From Lingula anatina (taxonomy: Eukaryota > Animalia > Brachiopoda), in contig CM120640.1 in assembly GCA_051362555.1 (NCBI GenBank), positions 36,041,967 through 36,105,966 on the forward strand: a DNA stretch of 64,000 bases, in the 5' to 3' direction. The notes under the pieces are model-generated. The model was given only the letters and a program-made list of their open reading frames with translations. It made no database searches and was not told the origin of the DNA. The translations under genes and the position numbers were made by a program. This document shows positions 53,201-64,000 of the stretch, piece by piece. Every line of letters begins with the position of its first letter. Position 1 is the first letter of the stretch.

Positions 53201-53820
53201 AGAACGTGCTCTTGGTGTTTGCTGGGACATTGAAGTGGACAGCTTCACATATAAAATGGATCTTGAGAAGAAACCATTGACCAAGAGAGGCCTTTTAAGT
53301 GTCATCAGTTCTATTTATGACCCCCTGGGCTTTATTTCTCCCTTCACTATCAGTGCCAAGAAGATGTTACAAGATTTAACACGTGATAAGATAGGTTGGG
53401 ATGAAACTGTGCCTTATAAAACCCAGGTAGAGTGGTCAAGTTGGAAGAACAGCTTGCCCAAGATGAAAGAAATGAAAATACCAAGATGTGTACAGCCAGT
53501 ACAGCCTGAGAACATTGCCAGCATTCAGTTACACCATTTTTCTGATGCCTCTACCATGGCATATGGTGTTGTAAGTTACCTCCGTGTACAAGACATCTCA
53601 GGTCAGATTCATACTTCATTGTTGATGTCAAAGGCTCGGTTGGCACCGATCAAGCAGCTTACGATTCCGCGCCTTGAGCTTACAGCAGCTACTATGGCAG
53701 TCAGATTAGATTACGTGATACGACAGGAACTCACTTTTCCTGTGGACAGTTCAATATTTTGGACAGACAGCACGTGTACTTTGAGTTACATTCGAAGTGA
53801 AGATAAGCGATTTCAAACAC
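50262..53820 (+). CDS. BEL/Pao gag-pol polyprotein, 5' part (DUF1759-type Gag, three Cys/His knuckles, aspartic protease, RT, RNase H); frameshifted at about 53820
   Basis: First ATG after the LTR at 50262; PKVEIDKFDGDPLQYWNF; CIKCGSSHSLFGC, CYNCLKPGHFSEMC and CSVQGCNQKHTKFLH; ALLDSGST; YLPHH, VRVVFDC, FYVDD; LHHFSDAS, TIPRLELTAA, FWTDS. Confidence 0.92.
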
Positions 53821-55593
53821 GTTGAAAACAGAGTATCTGTCATCAGAGAAGGTTCAATTCCGTCACAGTGGCACTACATCGATTCAAAGAGGAACCCAGC
53901 TGACGATTGCACAAGGGGACTCACTGCCCATGAAATGGTTAACAGTATCAGATGGATCGAAGGACCAGAATTTCTTAAGCAGAGTGAGTGCCACTGGCCA
54001 GAAACTCCAGATGTTAAGGGAGTGTCAGATGAAGATAAAGAGTTAAAGAGACCACAGACATGTCTAACACAAAGAAGTGAGTCAGTACAGGAATCAGTGA
54101 TAGATAAGATTCTAAAACGCCGATCTTCATGGAAAAAGCTGAAGAAAGATGTTGCTGTGATACTACGCTTCAAACAGTGGTTAATCGCAAGACATAGAAG
54201 AGAAAAGGTGAATGTACCCACAGGTCCACTTTCAGTGGAAGAAACAGAAAAGGCAGAGTTAGAAATCTTGAAGTATATCCAAGGGCAACACTTTGGGAAA
54301 GAGCTCTCAGAAATTAATCGAGCTGTAAACAGTCAGAGTGGTGTTAAACGTGCAAGTAAGTTGTTTAAGCTTGCACCAGTGATGCATTCTTCAGGTGTGT
54401 TAGTAGTTGGTGGTAGATTGAACAATTCAGCTATTTCAGAAGGGATAAAAAATCCAGTGATTTTACCACAGCACCATATTGTAGATTTGATAATTGAAGA
54501 GCAACACAAAGCCTTAGGACATAGTGGACGGGAATATGTGCTTTCTGAATTGAGACAGAAGTATTGGATTATAGGAGCAAGGAAATCCATTCGCAGAGTG
54601 ATCAGCAAGTGTGTCAAATGTAAGCGAAACAATGCGTTACCATGTCAGCAAAGAATGGCTGATTTGCCAACAGCTAGAGTTACACCCAATGAACCATGTT
54701 TTACTTATGTGGGTGTGGACTATTTTGGTCCATTTTTGATTAAACGTGGAAGGTCAGAGGTTAAGAGGTATGGGTGTTTATTTTCATGTTTAGCATCAAG
54801 AGCAGTGCATATTGAGATAGCGCAATCACTAGATACTTCATCATTTATTAATGCACTGCAGCGTTTCATCAGTAGACGTGGAAAACCCAAGAAAATATTT
54901 TCAGACAATGGAACTAACTTTGTTGGTGCAGAGCGTGAATTGAAGGCAGCTGTCACAGAATGGAATCAGAGTAAAATACATGATTATTTACACCAGAACC
55001 ACATAGATTGGCATTTTAATCCACCTAGTGCTTCACATATGGGTGGTGTATGGGAAAGATCCATCAGAACTGTTAGAAAAGTATTAAGAGGTGTTGTGAC
55101 AGAACAGGTTTTAGATGATGAGAATCTTGTCACTTTAATGTGCATTGTGGAATCAATTGTGAATGGGCGTCCGTTGACACCGGTGTCCAGTGATCCCAAT
55201 GATTTGGAAGCGTTGACCCCAAACCACTTGTTATTGTTACGTTCTGGGTCTGTGCTCCCACCAGGTGATTTTGACAAGACAGACACATATAGCAAACGCA
55301 GATGGAGGCAGGTTCAGTATTTGGCAAACATTTTCTGGTGCAGGTGGATAAAAGAATACTTACCTACCCTGCAAAGTCGTCAAAAGTGGTTGGAGCCAAA
55401 GCGAAATTTGAATATTGGTGATATTGTGTTAGTGATTGATGAAGATGTTCCTAGAAATGTGTGGCCAATAGCTAGAGTGATAAATACTTACCCAGGAAAG
55501 GATGGACTTGTTCGCACAGTTCAGATTAAGACTAGGAATTCTATATTGATGCGACCAATACATAAACTGTGCTTGTTAGAGGAAGCGCAATAA
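53821..55593 (+). CDS. BEL/Pao polyprotein, 3' part (end of RNase H, integrase with HHCC and DDE motifs, DUF5641-like C-terminus)
   Basis: VENRV..QWHYIDSKRNPADDCTRG, HKALGH..CVKC, GVDYFGP, SDNGTNF, GGVWERSI, LTPNHLL, FWCRWIKEYL, GKDGLVRTV. Confidence 0.92.
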   Translation, partial: VENRVSVIREGSIPSQWHYIDSKRNPADDCTRGLTAHEMVNSIRWIEGPEFLKQSECHWPETPDVKGVSDEDKELKRPQTCLTQRSESVQESVIDKILKRRSSWKKLKKDVAVILRFKQWLIARHRREKVNVPTGPLSVEETEKAELEILKYIQGQHFGKELSEINRAVNSQSGVKRASKLFKLAPVMHSSGVLVVGGRLNNSAISEGIKNPVILPQHHIVDLIIEEQHKALGHSGREYVLSELRQKYWIIGARKSIRRVISKCVKCKRNNALPCQQRMADLPTARVTPNEPCFTYVGVDYFGPFLIKRGRSEVKRYGCLFSCLASRAVHIEIAQSLDTSSFINALQRFISRRGKPKKIFSDNGTNFVGAERELKAAVTEWNQSKIHDYLHQNHIDWHFNPPSASHMGGVWERSIRTVRKVLRGVVTEQVLDDENLVTLMCIVESIVNGRPLTPVSSDPNDLEALTPNHLLLLRSGSVLPPGDFDKTDTYSKRRWRQVQYLANIFWCRWIKEYLPTLQSRQKWLEPKRNLNIGDIVLVIDEDVPRNVWPIARVINTYPGKDGLVRTVQIKTRNSILMRPIHKLCLLEEAQ

Positions 55594-56098
55594 CTGAACA
55601 ATCATTGTAGTGTGCAACTGTAATTTTAAGGGGAATCCCCGTCGAGGAGCCATCAGTTGACTTGAGTGAACTTTTTTATGTTTAGACTGGCGCATTGTAT
55701 AAACACTGGACTGGATTAATTTCAGTGTTATGGACTGTTAAATGTATAGAATCTTTAAAATTAAGACTGTTTTCACATTTGGTTTAAAAGGAAAGGGTTT
55801 GTTGTCATGTGGATGGCAGGTTGACATGTGTGAGAGAGATGGATATGCTTACAATGTTGGGTTATGTTATGTACGGTTGCTCTTAAATTTTGATGCATAA
55901 TGTTTATATACATACGGTAATGGTTATTGAGTTTAAAAATTGTTTATTTAAGAACGTAAAGTTAAGTTGACACAATTGTTTTGATATATATGCATGTATG
56001 TAGTATGGTAATGGATGTTAAGTTTAAGATTTGTGTTAGAGTTTTAATATTAAATGATAGTTTAAGTAAATTGTGGGATTCACAATTTAAGGGAGCCA

Positions 56099-56389
56099 TG
56101 TAACTGACAAGTAGCTATTTTTAGTAGTGTCTTGACCTTAATTGTAGTATCGGTGTTGATAGTATTTAGTTTTTGCCGGCACTTGTTTGTTAGACAAGTC
56201 AGATTCTCGCAACGAGTTTCACGTTGATTCAGATGAAAGTTGTTACCAGTTGTTTCCAGATGAAAGTTGATGTAAGTTGACATAAGTTGATGTTAGACAA
56301 TAAACAGTACCATTTGTTACCAGTTGATGTTACCAGTTGATGTTATATATCGTTGACAATTGAATAAAATTGGACTGACACCCGCAACA
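56099..56389 (+). repeat. 3' LTR (291 bp)
   Basis: Same sequence as 49929-50219 by eye. Confidence 0.96.
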
Positions 56390-56469
56390 GGTGATATTCA
56401 TCCCATATACGAACCCCAATTCTCCTATCAACCAGGATTATCGTGGGAGTCTTTTCTAACTTGTATTCG

Positions 56470-57200
56470 TCTTTTTTTATCCCAGTGATAAGGTAATATA
56501 TTTTTCTAAAGGAAGAACAAGTCCACTTGCTGTTTCCTTAAGTTACTTTATTCTTTCTCAGTCCGTGTACTGTCAACACACTCCTTAATTAAAACAATAC
56601 AATTGACAATAGTGGAAGTAAACGTCTGGAAGTAACTGCCCAAAAGTAACTGTATGCGTCGATGATTGAATCTGAATGAACGAAGAAGAGAGTAAAAGTA
56701 GCTGTAAGTAAGTGTATAAGTGAAAGCGAGCGGTCTCCTTTTATACCTTTTTGACTACCACCCAAATGATACCCAAAACCCCAACTTCCACGTGTCTTAC
56801 TTGTATTCTATCCCCAAATTTCTTTTAAAAGGGTGACAGATACATAACTTCAAGCAGCTTACTTTATGTACTTCTAGGACTTGCCTCTTGCTAGTTTACT
56901 TTACTTTATATACTATATAATCAATCGTTACTATTACATATCAATGAATGTACGATGTCCATGGCAGGATATATTCTAGTAACCTCACAGCTTGTACGAA
57001 AGGTCAAGTGTTAAAATGATACCTTCTACCTAACTTATGTTACTCATTTTGGCAGTACACATAAGAAATTTATTATGTTCAATTCATTTTCTCAAATGAA
57101 TATAAATTGCAACAAAATTATCATTATTTTTCTTATTTGTGAACAATGATATTATATTCTTTCAAAACCAACCTGTATAAATAAAATCAGTATAATAATC
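56470..57200 (-). repeat. Diverged direct repeat unit 1 (about 730 bp; TATA box and poly(A) signal on the minus strand; LTR-like)
   Basis: Collinear with 58010-58780: ttttgactacc, aaaccccaa, ataacttcaagcagcttacttt, ttgcctct, gatgtccat.gcaggat, gaaaggtca, aaatcagtataataa. Confidence 0.75.
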
Positions 57201-57253
57201 CGACTAACCCTAACCTGTACTAACCATATGGGAACCCGGACTTCCAAACCTAG

Positions 57254-57566
57254 GATCGCATTCACAACGAGTTGAGCCAGGCTTTACAAATCCTGGGGAC
57301 TAAATATGGCGGACGTACATGAAAGAAAAACCGCCTAATCTTTTAATGGTCTCTCCGCCTCTCACACGCCTCCCCATGTGTCGTCCCAATAGAGCCGAGA
57401 TTTAATGACTGTCCCCCCGCAGGGACGACGTGTGGGGAGGCGTGTGAGAGGCGTGTGAGAGGCGGAGAGACTATTAAAAGATTAGGCGGTTTTTCTTTCA
57501 TGTACGTCCGCCATATTTAGTCCCCAGGATTTGTAAAGCCTGGCTCAACTCGTTGTGAATGCGATC
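57254..57566. mobile_element. Young fold-back MITE (near-perfect inverted arms of about 130 bp), candidate TSD TAG
   Basis: gatcgcattcacaacgagttgagccaggctttacaaatcctggggactaaatatggcggacgtacatgaaagaaaaaccgcctaatcttttaat is mirrored at about 57473-57566; tag flanks both ends. Confidence 0.9.
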
Positions 57567-57878
57567 TAGGACTGCCATTCCCGTCACACCTGGTTTCTAA
57601 TAGATAAATAAGTATTGGTACTAGCCATTCACCAAGCCTCCTTCCCGATTATATGAACTAGAGAGACGTCGAATTATTGGAGTAAATAACAATTTCAATA
57701 CTAGCTTTTGAAAAATAATATATCGATTCATTCTTATATCGCATATCACAGGTAATGAAATTCTTTCCTGGAATAAAAAAAAGAATAAATTGTATAAATT
57801 GAATTTTAATTTGAATTTTATTAAAATTGAACAATCCCATATGTAGTATGTAGTTATCTTATGAATAAAATCAATGTA

Positions 57879-57963
57879 ATACTACTACTACATGTACTGC
57901 TACTACTACCTCTACTACTACATGTACATGTACTACTGCTACTACTTCTACTATTACTATTAC
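57879..57963. repeat. Imperfect (TAC)n microsatellite
   Basis: Seen directly. Confidence 0.85.
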
Positions 57964-58009
57964 TTTATCAACCGAGTTTATTGTATGTGAACGCGGGGGT
58001 CTATTCCCG

Positions 58010-58780
58010 ATGTTAGTCTCTCTATCCCGGTGATAATCGAGGAAGGACAAGTCACTGATTTTTCCGAAAAGTTATTTATTCCGTTAATGAAACGATTGGT
58101 AAATACACTTTAACCTGGTGAACAACTGCCTAGAACGTAGCTACTTGACATTAATAGCTTGATGATCACTGTAGCCGGCACTAAATTAAATCCACACTAA
58201 GGACTGTAAATGAAGTAGTGAATAAGTAAGTAGTAAGTAAGTGAGTAAGTAAGTAAGTTAAAAGAGAGCCAGTGGTCTCTTTTTATACCCTTTTGACTAC
58301 CGCGCCCAAACGATAGCCAAACCCCAATTTTCACGCAATGATGTATACTCTACTTCCAAATTTCCTTTAAAGGTGCCAGATATATAACTTCAAGCAGCTT
58401 ACTTTCTACCTCTAGGAGTTGCCTCTTTCTAGCTTTCTTTGGTTCGTATAGTAAACTAATCTATCTTTACTTTTATGTATCACTGACCAAATGATGTCCA
58501 TTGCAGGATCCACCATAGCAATACCCTGGTTTGTATGAAAGGTCAGGTGATAACATGATACTTAAAACCTAAGCTATATTACTCATATAATCATGTTGAA
58601 TTCATTTTCAGAAAGGAATACAAGTTGATTAACAAAACTTTTACTGTTTGTCTTTTTTTTCTAAGTATTGACATTAAATTCTTTTAAAAATAACACGCAT
58701 AAATGAAATCAGTATAATAACTTTCCCGTTCTTCACAAGTTTTGTCCTCAAAACGTACATAAATAAAATCAGTATAATAA
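58010..58780 (-). repeat. Diverged direct repeat unit 2 (LTR-like)
   Basis: Collinear with unit 1. TATAAAA on the minus strand at 58287-58281; AATAAA at 58080-58075. Confidence 0.75.
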
Positions 58781-61700
58781 CTTACTGTTAATGATAATAA
58801 TAGCAATAAGAAACTGTAACCATTGACTTTACATCCCCGCCTAAAACACTTAACTGTTTTCTATTACATAGAAAACTAGGCAGCTATGCACTGTTTTTGC
58901 CACCATTCAAGTACATTGCTAACTATGATATTGTTACGTAGATCTCAGTTATCAAGTCCATTTTAAGTCATAACTTATCATATGTCTGACAATAATAAAA
59001 TAGTTTGGTGTTTTCTTCCCGTGTTCCACGTAAAATTTGACACAAATTAACACGATCACATTTGGTTCAACTTCACATCACGTTAATAACAACGACTTGT
59101 TAAATTGAAGGTGACATGAAGGGCCTTTGTGACCCGTGTAGTTGCTAAATTTTACATCCTATTCAATACTTTGCTTAATCAAAATGGACCACTGCATTGT
59201 TTTTCGGGGCGTTGATTAATAACTGGAATGCTAACTTCAGGCTGGTAATGATTTGTTCGGTGTGAAAATTGTTTCACGTTTGCCGGGTACATTGCTAACT
59301 TTCAATAGGTCATTGTTTCAATACATCCCTTTCAGTTGGTCAGAAAAGAGTAAAGTTTTGTTTCTGGATCAATACAAATTTCTGGATCAACTCCAAATGC
59401 TCTACTGTATTAAAATATCTGAGGTAGAATCCGTTTGTACTTAACGAATAAAAATGAGCAAGATAGTTATGTCAACTAAACAACTTAACAACTTCAAGCA
59501 AAAAGCGTTGATATAACCAACAGTTAATTGAGCAATTAGCGTGACTTTTTCTTGGTCCACCTTCATTTTTTTTTTTTTGACAGGAAACGTAATGTCTCTT
59601 ACAGCCGTCGGTGTTTTGAGAATGGAGAAAGCCGATCTCTATGCACCAGATCGAAGAACTAGACGCGCCATACCGCAATGTTTCTCAGAACGTCCCCAGT
59701 GTCAAAAGATGTTCTAGGGTGCTGCGTGGTGTGCTGTCGCATTCCAGGCTCAGGTCCCTTTCGCCCTAAAATGACCAATTGATCCCTGGACATTTTAATC
59801 ACGATAACGAGAAAAACAAATAGTAACTTTGTTAGCGAAAAAGAAAGGGTTGGGAGGGTCGATGGGGTTAAGCACTATATGCCGTCCTTGTGGATATTGT
59901 TTTCCATTGTGTTGTTGAGTGTGCAATAGATCTGGTATTTGTTTGTAAATGATATTGGTTTTGTAGGTAATATTGTCGGGGAAATATGCGTGCTGCTGGT
60001 GAAACGTTTTCATTCATGTATATATTTCTTTTCAATCTAATCGACAAATCATATAAAATATGACTGAGTACAGTATATGATTGAAACAGCATAATGATGA
60101 ATCAAAATTATTAAAAATAAAAGAATAGATAAAAGGGAGGGCGAAGAACATTTTCTTCCAATTAAGATTTTTAGCCTGATCATATTCCTGTTGCAAGAGA
60201 AGTGCTTTCAAGAGAGAGAAAAAAAGACCCTACAGACAGTCGTTATTGATAATCCCCAAAGATGACCCTTGGTTTTCGTTTCGACACATGCTGTTAACAC
60301 AGCCAATGAACTGAGTTACACTTCTGTTTTATAAGTATACTCTCAACAGATTTTACAGCTGATCACTCGTACAATACAGGAAAACAAGAAGTCCTATGTC
60401 AGAGTGAGTTGGGTAAGAATCTGGCAAATCCATTAAGCGACACCCCGGCATCGACACTGATAAGTCCTTGCTATTAAAATGTCAGCGGGTAGGGCTTTAA
60501 AAAACTGTTGTTTTGCAAAGGATCACTGCGCCGCCATATTCTTACGATGAATTCTCTATTGTTTTCTTTTTTCTTTAAACATAACATCACATCCGACATC
60601 ACGTCGTGAAATTAGGTTCCCGATAAGTACAGTGATAACTAGACAAGTCACAGCCAAGAACAGCACTAAAATAGACTAACGTAAAGCATTTACATGTTCG
60701 AAGCAAATGTGTGTGCTTATTGCGTCCTGGCATTTAAGATATCAACGATGTAAAGATAAAAGTATCTGTATTAGATCATTACCTTTGAACTGCATTTAAT
60801 CAGTTTTATAAATGGACGCCTCAAGGACAAAAATGATAGAAGAGAGATGGTATCGTATCGACCAGGGTTTCAGAAATTGCTGGAAACCGCCCTTCACTTC
60901 CAGCATACCTCTGCCGTTTCCGGTAATTCTCAGAGTGCCAGGGTGTAGTATAGAAGGTCGCAACATTTTTGCACTTTGCCCATGCAAGAACCACTACATA
61001 GGATCTTGATTAATTTCCTTGAGTGATAGCTTGGCACGATAAGTGTAGAAATGAGCTATACCCCTGCAGTTTCCTATACGCCATAGATGCCACATATCAC
61101 AGTAAACATGTTCACTAAAAAGTCAAACTCGACTCAAAAAGTAAATGGTAATTGATCTACGCAATGCCAACATTCTCGTCTGATTTGATTAGGAAACATT
61201 CGTAAATGCCAACGCTGTTTTCTAGCACAGAAGATTAACTAGTCGTGTTCAGGGCGCTCATGTTTTCCTACGAGGCAGACAGTACGAAATAAGTGCGCCA
61301 AAATCTCGTATTCAATTTGTAATTTAAAAAAAAAAATGAACAGCTTTTAGCCTAAATTATCCAATCCATGGAAAAAATGCATGAAAATATTTGCGTGATA
61401 TACTTAATTTGACTTGCACCTAGGAGTGGCGACTTAAATGATCATAGAAAAGGTACTATTCGTATATTTCTGCTGCATTTCTAGCAAGAATAATAAATTT
61501 ATTGGTTGTAAAGCGTGTACACATAAACGACACCAAAAATCCCTTTCATTAAAATCCGAAACTAAAATAGAACCAGTTCATTCTTGCATATTATCCATAA
61601 TGTAAAATTGCCTTTATTATCTTTCACAAGAGATCCACTTCCTTGATTAATAAGCCACAGATGTTTTTTTTCTTTTGAGATAAATATTATTTTATAATAA

Positions 61701-61893
61701 TGAAGCTTTGTGTTTCCAGATATATTTGACCCTCGAAGAAATTAAAGTAAAAAAGTCCACGTTCCCTTTTGGTCTTCTATTCAACTCCCAAAGGAACGTG
61801 TCCTTATCATCTCCTTTTAAAATGAGGTTATATCGTCCCCTTTTTTGGCCCAACCGGAAACCCGCAGTTGCCATCAATCAGATCATTGAGATT

Positions 61894-62768
61894 TTAGATC
61901 TGATAAAAAATACAGAAACCTTGTAGAGTCGTGTAGTGAAAGGAAATTAGGAAGCCCATTTTTCCCATGTACACGATATCTAATACTGATAATTGGTGAT
62001 CATGGGGCCCGAGTAAAAACAAGTCACTGTTGCAACCATTTAGGAATTCAGCCTGTTGTGGTTTTTGGAAAAATAAAACGGTAGGCAAGTAACCGTGTTG
62101 GGAATTTGCAAAATGCCTCTCATTCATTCAAGAAATTGGATTAAGATGATATATCACGGTTATTTAAAATACGCACCTTGGACACTCCCTGGGCGTTCCG
62201 AGAGAATTTTTTATAGCCTTGTGTTTCTGCGTACTGGCTGCAAGACATTACTGTACCTTTCGTATCTCCCCACTAGAATGCACGTAAAACGCACTTTTAA
62301 TGGCTCAAATTGAAAATCGGAAGAAAATATACCTTAATTTCAGTTGGACTGAAACTGAGGAACCTTAAGCGATTTAACACAGCATATTAAAATGGAAATA
62401 ACACGAAAGTATTTAAAACCTGGAAGAACACACATAACTGTTTAGTTGAAATGTTGTAGAGATTCTGCTGTTAAATTGCGGTAGTAAAAATTTTAACAGG
62501 TCTCGAAAAGGAACTACTACTACAATTTGTAATGCAATCGCTATACAACTTTGAGCAGTGAAAGAATAATAGTTTGGCTAATGCAACCCAAAGAAAATTG
62601 CATTAATATTGCCATCATCATGCAATAATTTTGGGCATTTGTTTATTAGGTCTATTTGTGATCCGTCTCATACAGCAGGTACGGTGGCATGTCTGAGTTT
62701 CTCCAACATGAGATGTCAGAATGTATACAATAATCATTGACGGACAACCTTTTATTTTTACGTTCATT

Positions 62769-62830
<62 letters not shown>

Positions 62831-63797
62831 CTGATGGATATCGTCCCAGCTTTCGCCATGGTAAACCAGCACACAAGCAATGCCCCATCTCCCATACATC
62901 AGAGCTAAGTAGAGAGGCGACTGCCGATGGATCTGAAAAGAATCGAAGATTTAATTTAATCTGCATTATAAAATGATTCATTAGTGTCCTAATTGGGAGA
63001 TAAAACCATCTCTAATAAGCACAAAGAAAACAGACATATAAAGATACATGTATTAGAATAATCAAAAGTGTTAGAATGTGACTTTTTTTATTGCTTTAGC
63101 CTTTCTTACCATGTCCCGAAATTCGTTTGCTTTGATCCTTCCATCGATAAAGATTCTCTTTGCTGCCTCTGTATCCCCGTGTACTATCGCCTCTACCAGT
63201 TTGGAATATTGCAGTACTAGATGCAGCCGGTACAGGTCGGTGGTTTTGTCGTGGGGAGGATAAAGGGAGCGTTCAGAATCGATATTTGCAAGCTGAAAAA
63301 ACGATGGGCAATAAAAGAACGAACAAATAATTGCTTCCGTTAGCTCCTCTTTATACTTATATTCTTCATTTTTACGATAAACAATTTTGATGTGATGTGA
63401 TTATTAAAAAAATTCTTATGATCAAATGATGTATATAAATATGAACCATTTTGAACTCGGTTTTGTATTTTGATTTTCATTTTACATATCTTATTTTTCT
63501 CATTTTAATGAGGTGATGGCTTACTGCTGTTTCCGCCGATTCCAGCAATGCCAACATTTCACGGTTAGCAAAATCACGAGCATATTCTTGAGCGCTCTTA
63601 TCTGCGTGGTAGACGTTGAGGTAGTAATAGCCATTTTCAAAAAGTCTTCGTATTTCTTTGACATTTTGAGTTAAGATTAGGTTGAGAACGTGCTGAAACA
63701 GGGGAAAAAAGATTTAGTTAAATTGCAATAAGTTTGATATTTAAACCTGTTTAATCTAATTCTGTTTACAATTCTTTTTTAGATAGAAATATTCTCC

Positions 63798-63838
<41 letters not shown>

Positions 63839-64000
63839 GTACTGCCGAATGTAAATTACAATACACAAAACAGAACGAATAAAGCATTGTACCATCAGTA
63901 TTTTAAAATATATTTTTTGTGTGACCATCTCACCTCGTCAAGAGTTCTTTCAAACTCCTCTGTTGGGTTTATGCGGGCCAGGTCTCTAGCGTTCAAGCCG
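61894..64000 (-). CDS. Ankyrin-repeat-like protein, 3' exons only: 64000-63934, 63692-63525, 63292-63110, 62932-62831, 62272-62177, probable last exon 62052-61894
   Basis: Successive phase-0 GT-AG exons stay open: GLNARDLARINPTEEFERTLDE / HVLNLILTQNVKEIRRLFENG..KSAQEYA / LVEAIVHGDTEAAKRIFIDG / HRQSPLYLALMYGRWGIACVLVYHG (ankyrin-consensus-like). The terminal exon is uncertain. Confidence 0.65.
62769..62829. repeat. Compound microsatellite (CA)n-(GA)n
   Basis: Seen directly. Confidence 0.95.
63799..63836. repeat. (AAT)n microsatellite
   Basis: Seen directly. Confidence 0.95.

Larger units (their letters stand above)
49929..56389 (+). mobile_element. Full-length BEL/Pao LTR retrotransposon, very recent insertion, 5-bp TSD GGTGA
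   Basis: TG...CA LTRs at 49929-50219 and 56099-56389, apparently identical; GGTGA at 49924-49928 and 56390-56394; purine-rich PPT-like aagggagcca before the 3' LTR; domain order Gag-PR-RT-RH-IN. Confidence 0.97.

Noticed and set aside
53797-53825. Programmed ribosomal frameshift
   Set aside because: It lies inside RNase H rather than at the gag/pol junction and has no convincing slippery heptamer; a 2-nt deletion explains it better.
49919-56283. Near-identical short minus-strand ORFs (MSTYINFHLETT...) at 49919 and 56080, and antisense ORFs within pol
   Set aside because: These are by-products of the two LTRs and antisense shadows of the polyprotein.
1-64000. CRISPR array, tRNA/rRNA genes or prokaryotic operon-type systems
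   Set aside because: The DNA is spliceosomal eukaryotic sequence, and no repeat-spacer arrays or cloverleaf/rRNA signatures were seen by eye. tRNAscan-SE and Infernal would be needed to exclude small RNAs.

Overview
Intron-rich, AT-rich animal genomic DNA; an invertebrate, probably a mollusc or other lophotrochozoan (inference from gene structure, repeats and CpG pattern). Contents from left to right: (1) the 3' 22 coding exons of INTS2 (+, 997-9818); (2) a complete 18-coding-exon TBCCD1 (-, 10849-21588), convergent with INTS2, with abutting poly(A) signals, an apparent U12-type minor-spliceosome intron and a nested antisense 136-aa ORF in a gccaccATG context; (3) a 4-coding-exon gene (+, 30424-45332, about 1011 aa) for a secreted protein made of signal peptide, LRRNT, about 22 LRRs, LRRCT and a catalytically dead trypsin-like domain; (4) a very young full-length BEL/Pao LTR retrotransposon (49929-56389) with apparently identical 291-bp LTRs, a GGTGA target-site duplication and one frameshift, next to older LTR-like duplicated units and a fold-back MITE; (5) the 3' exons of an ankyrin-repeat-like gene (-) running off the right edge. 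The best novelty candidates are the LRR-pseudoprotease fusion, the nested intronic ORF and the U12 intron. All exon boundaries and homologies were read by eye and from memory of the human orthologues; no database searches were run.
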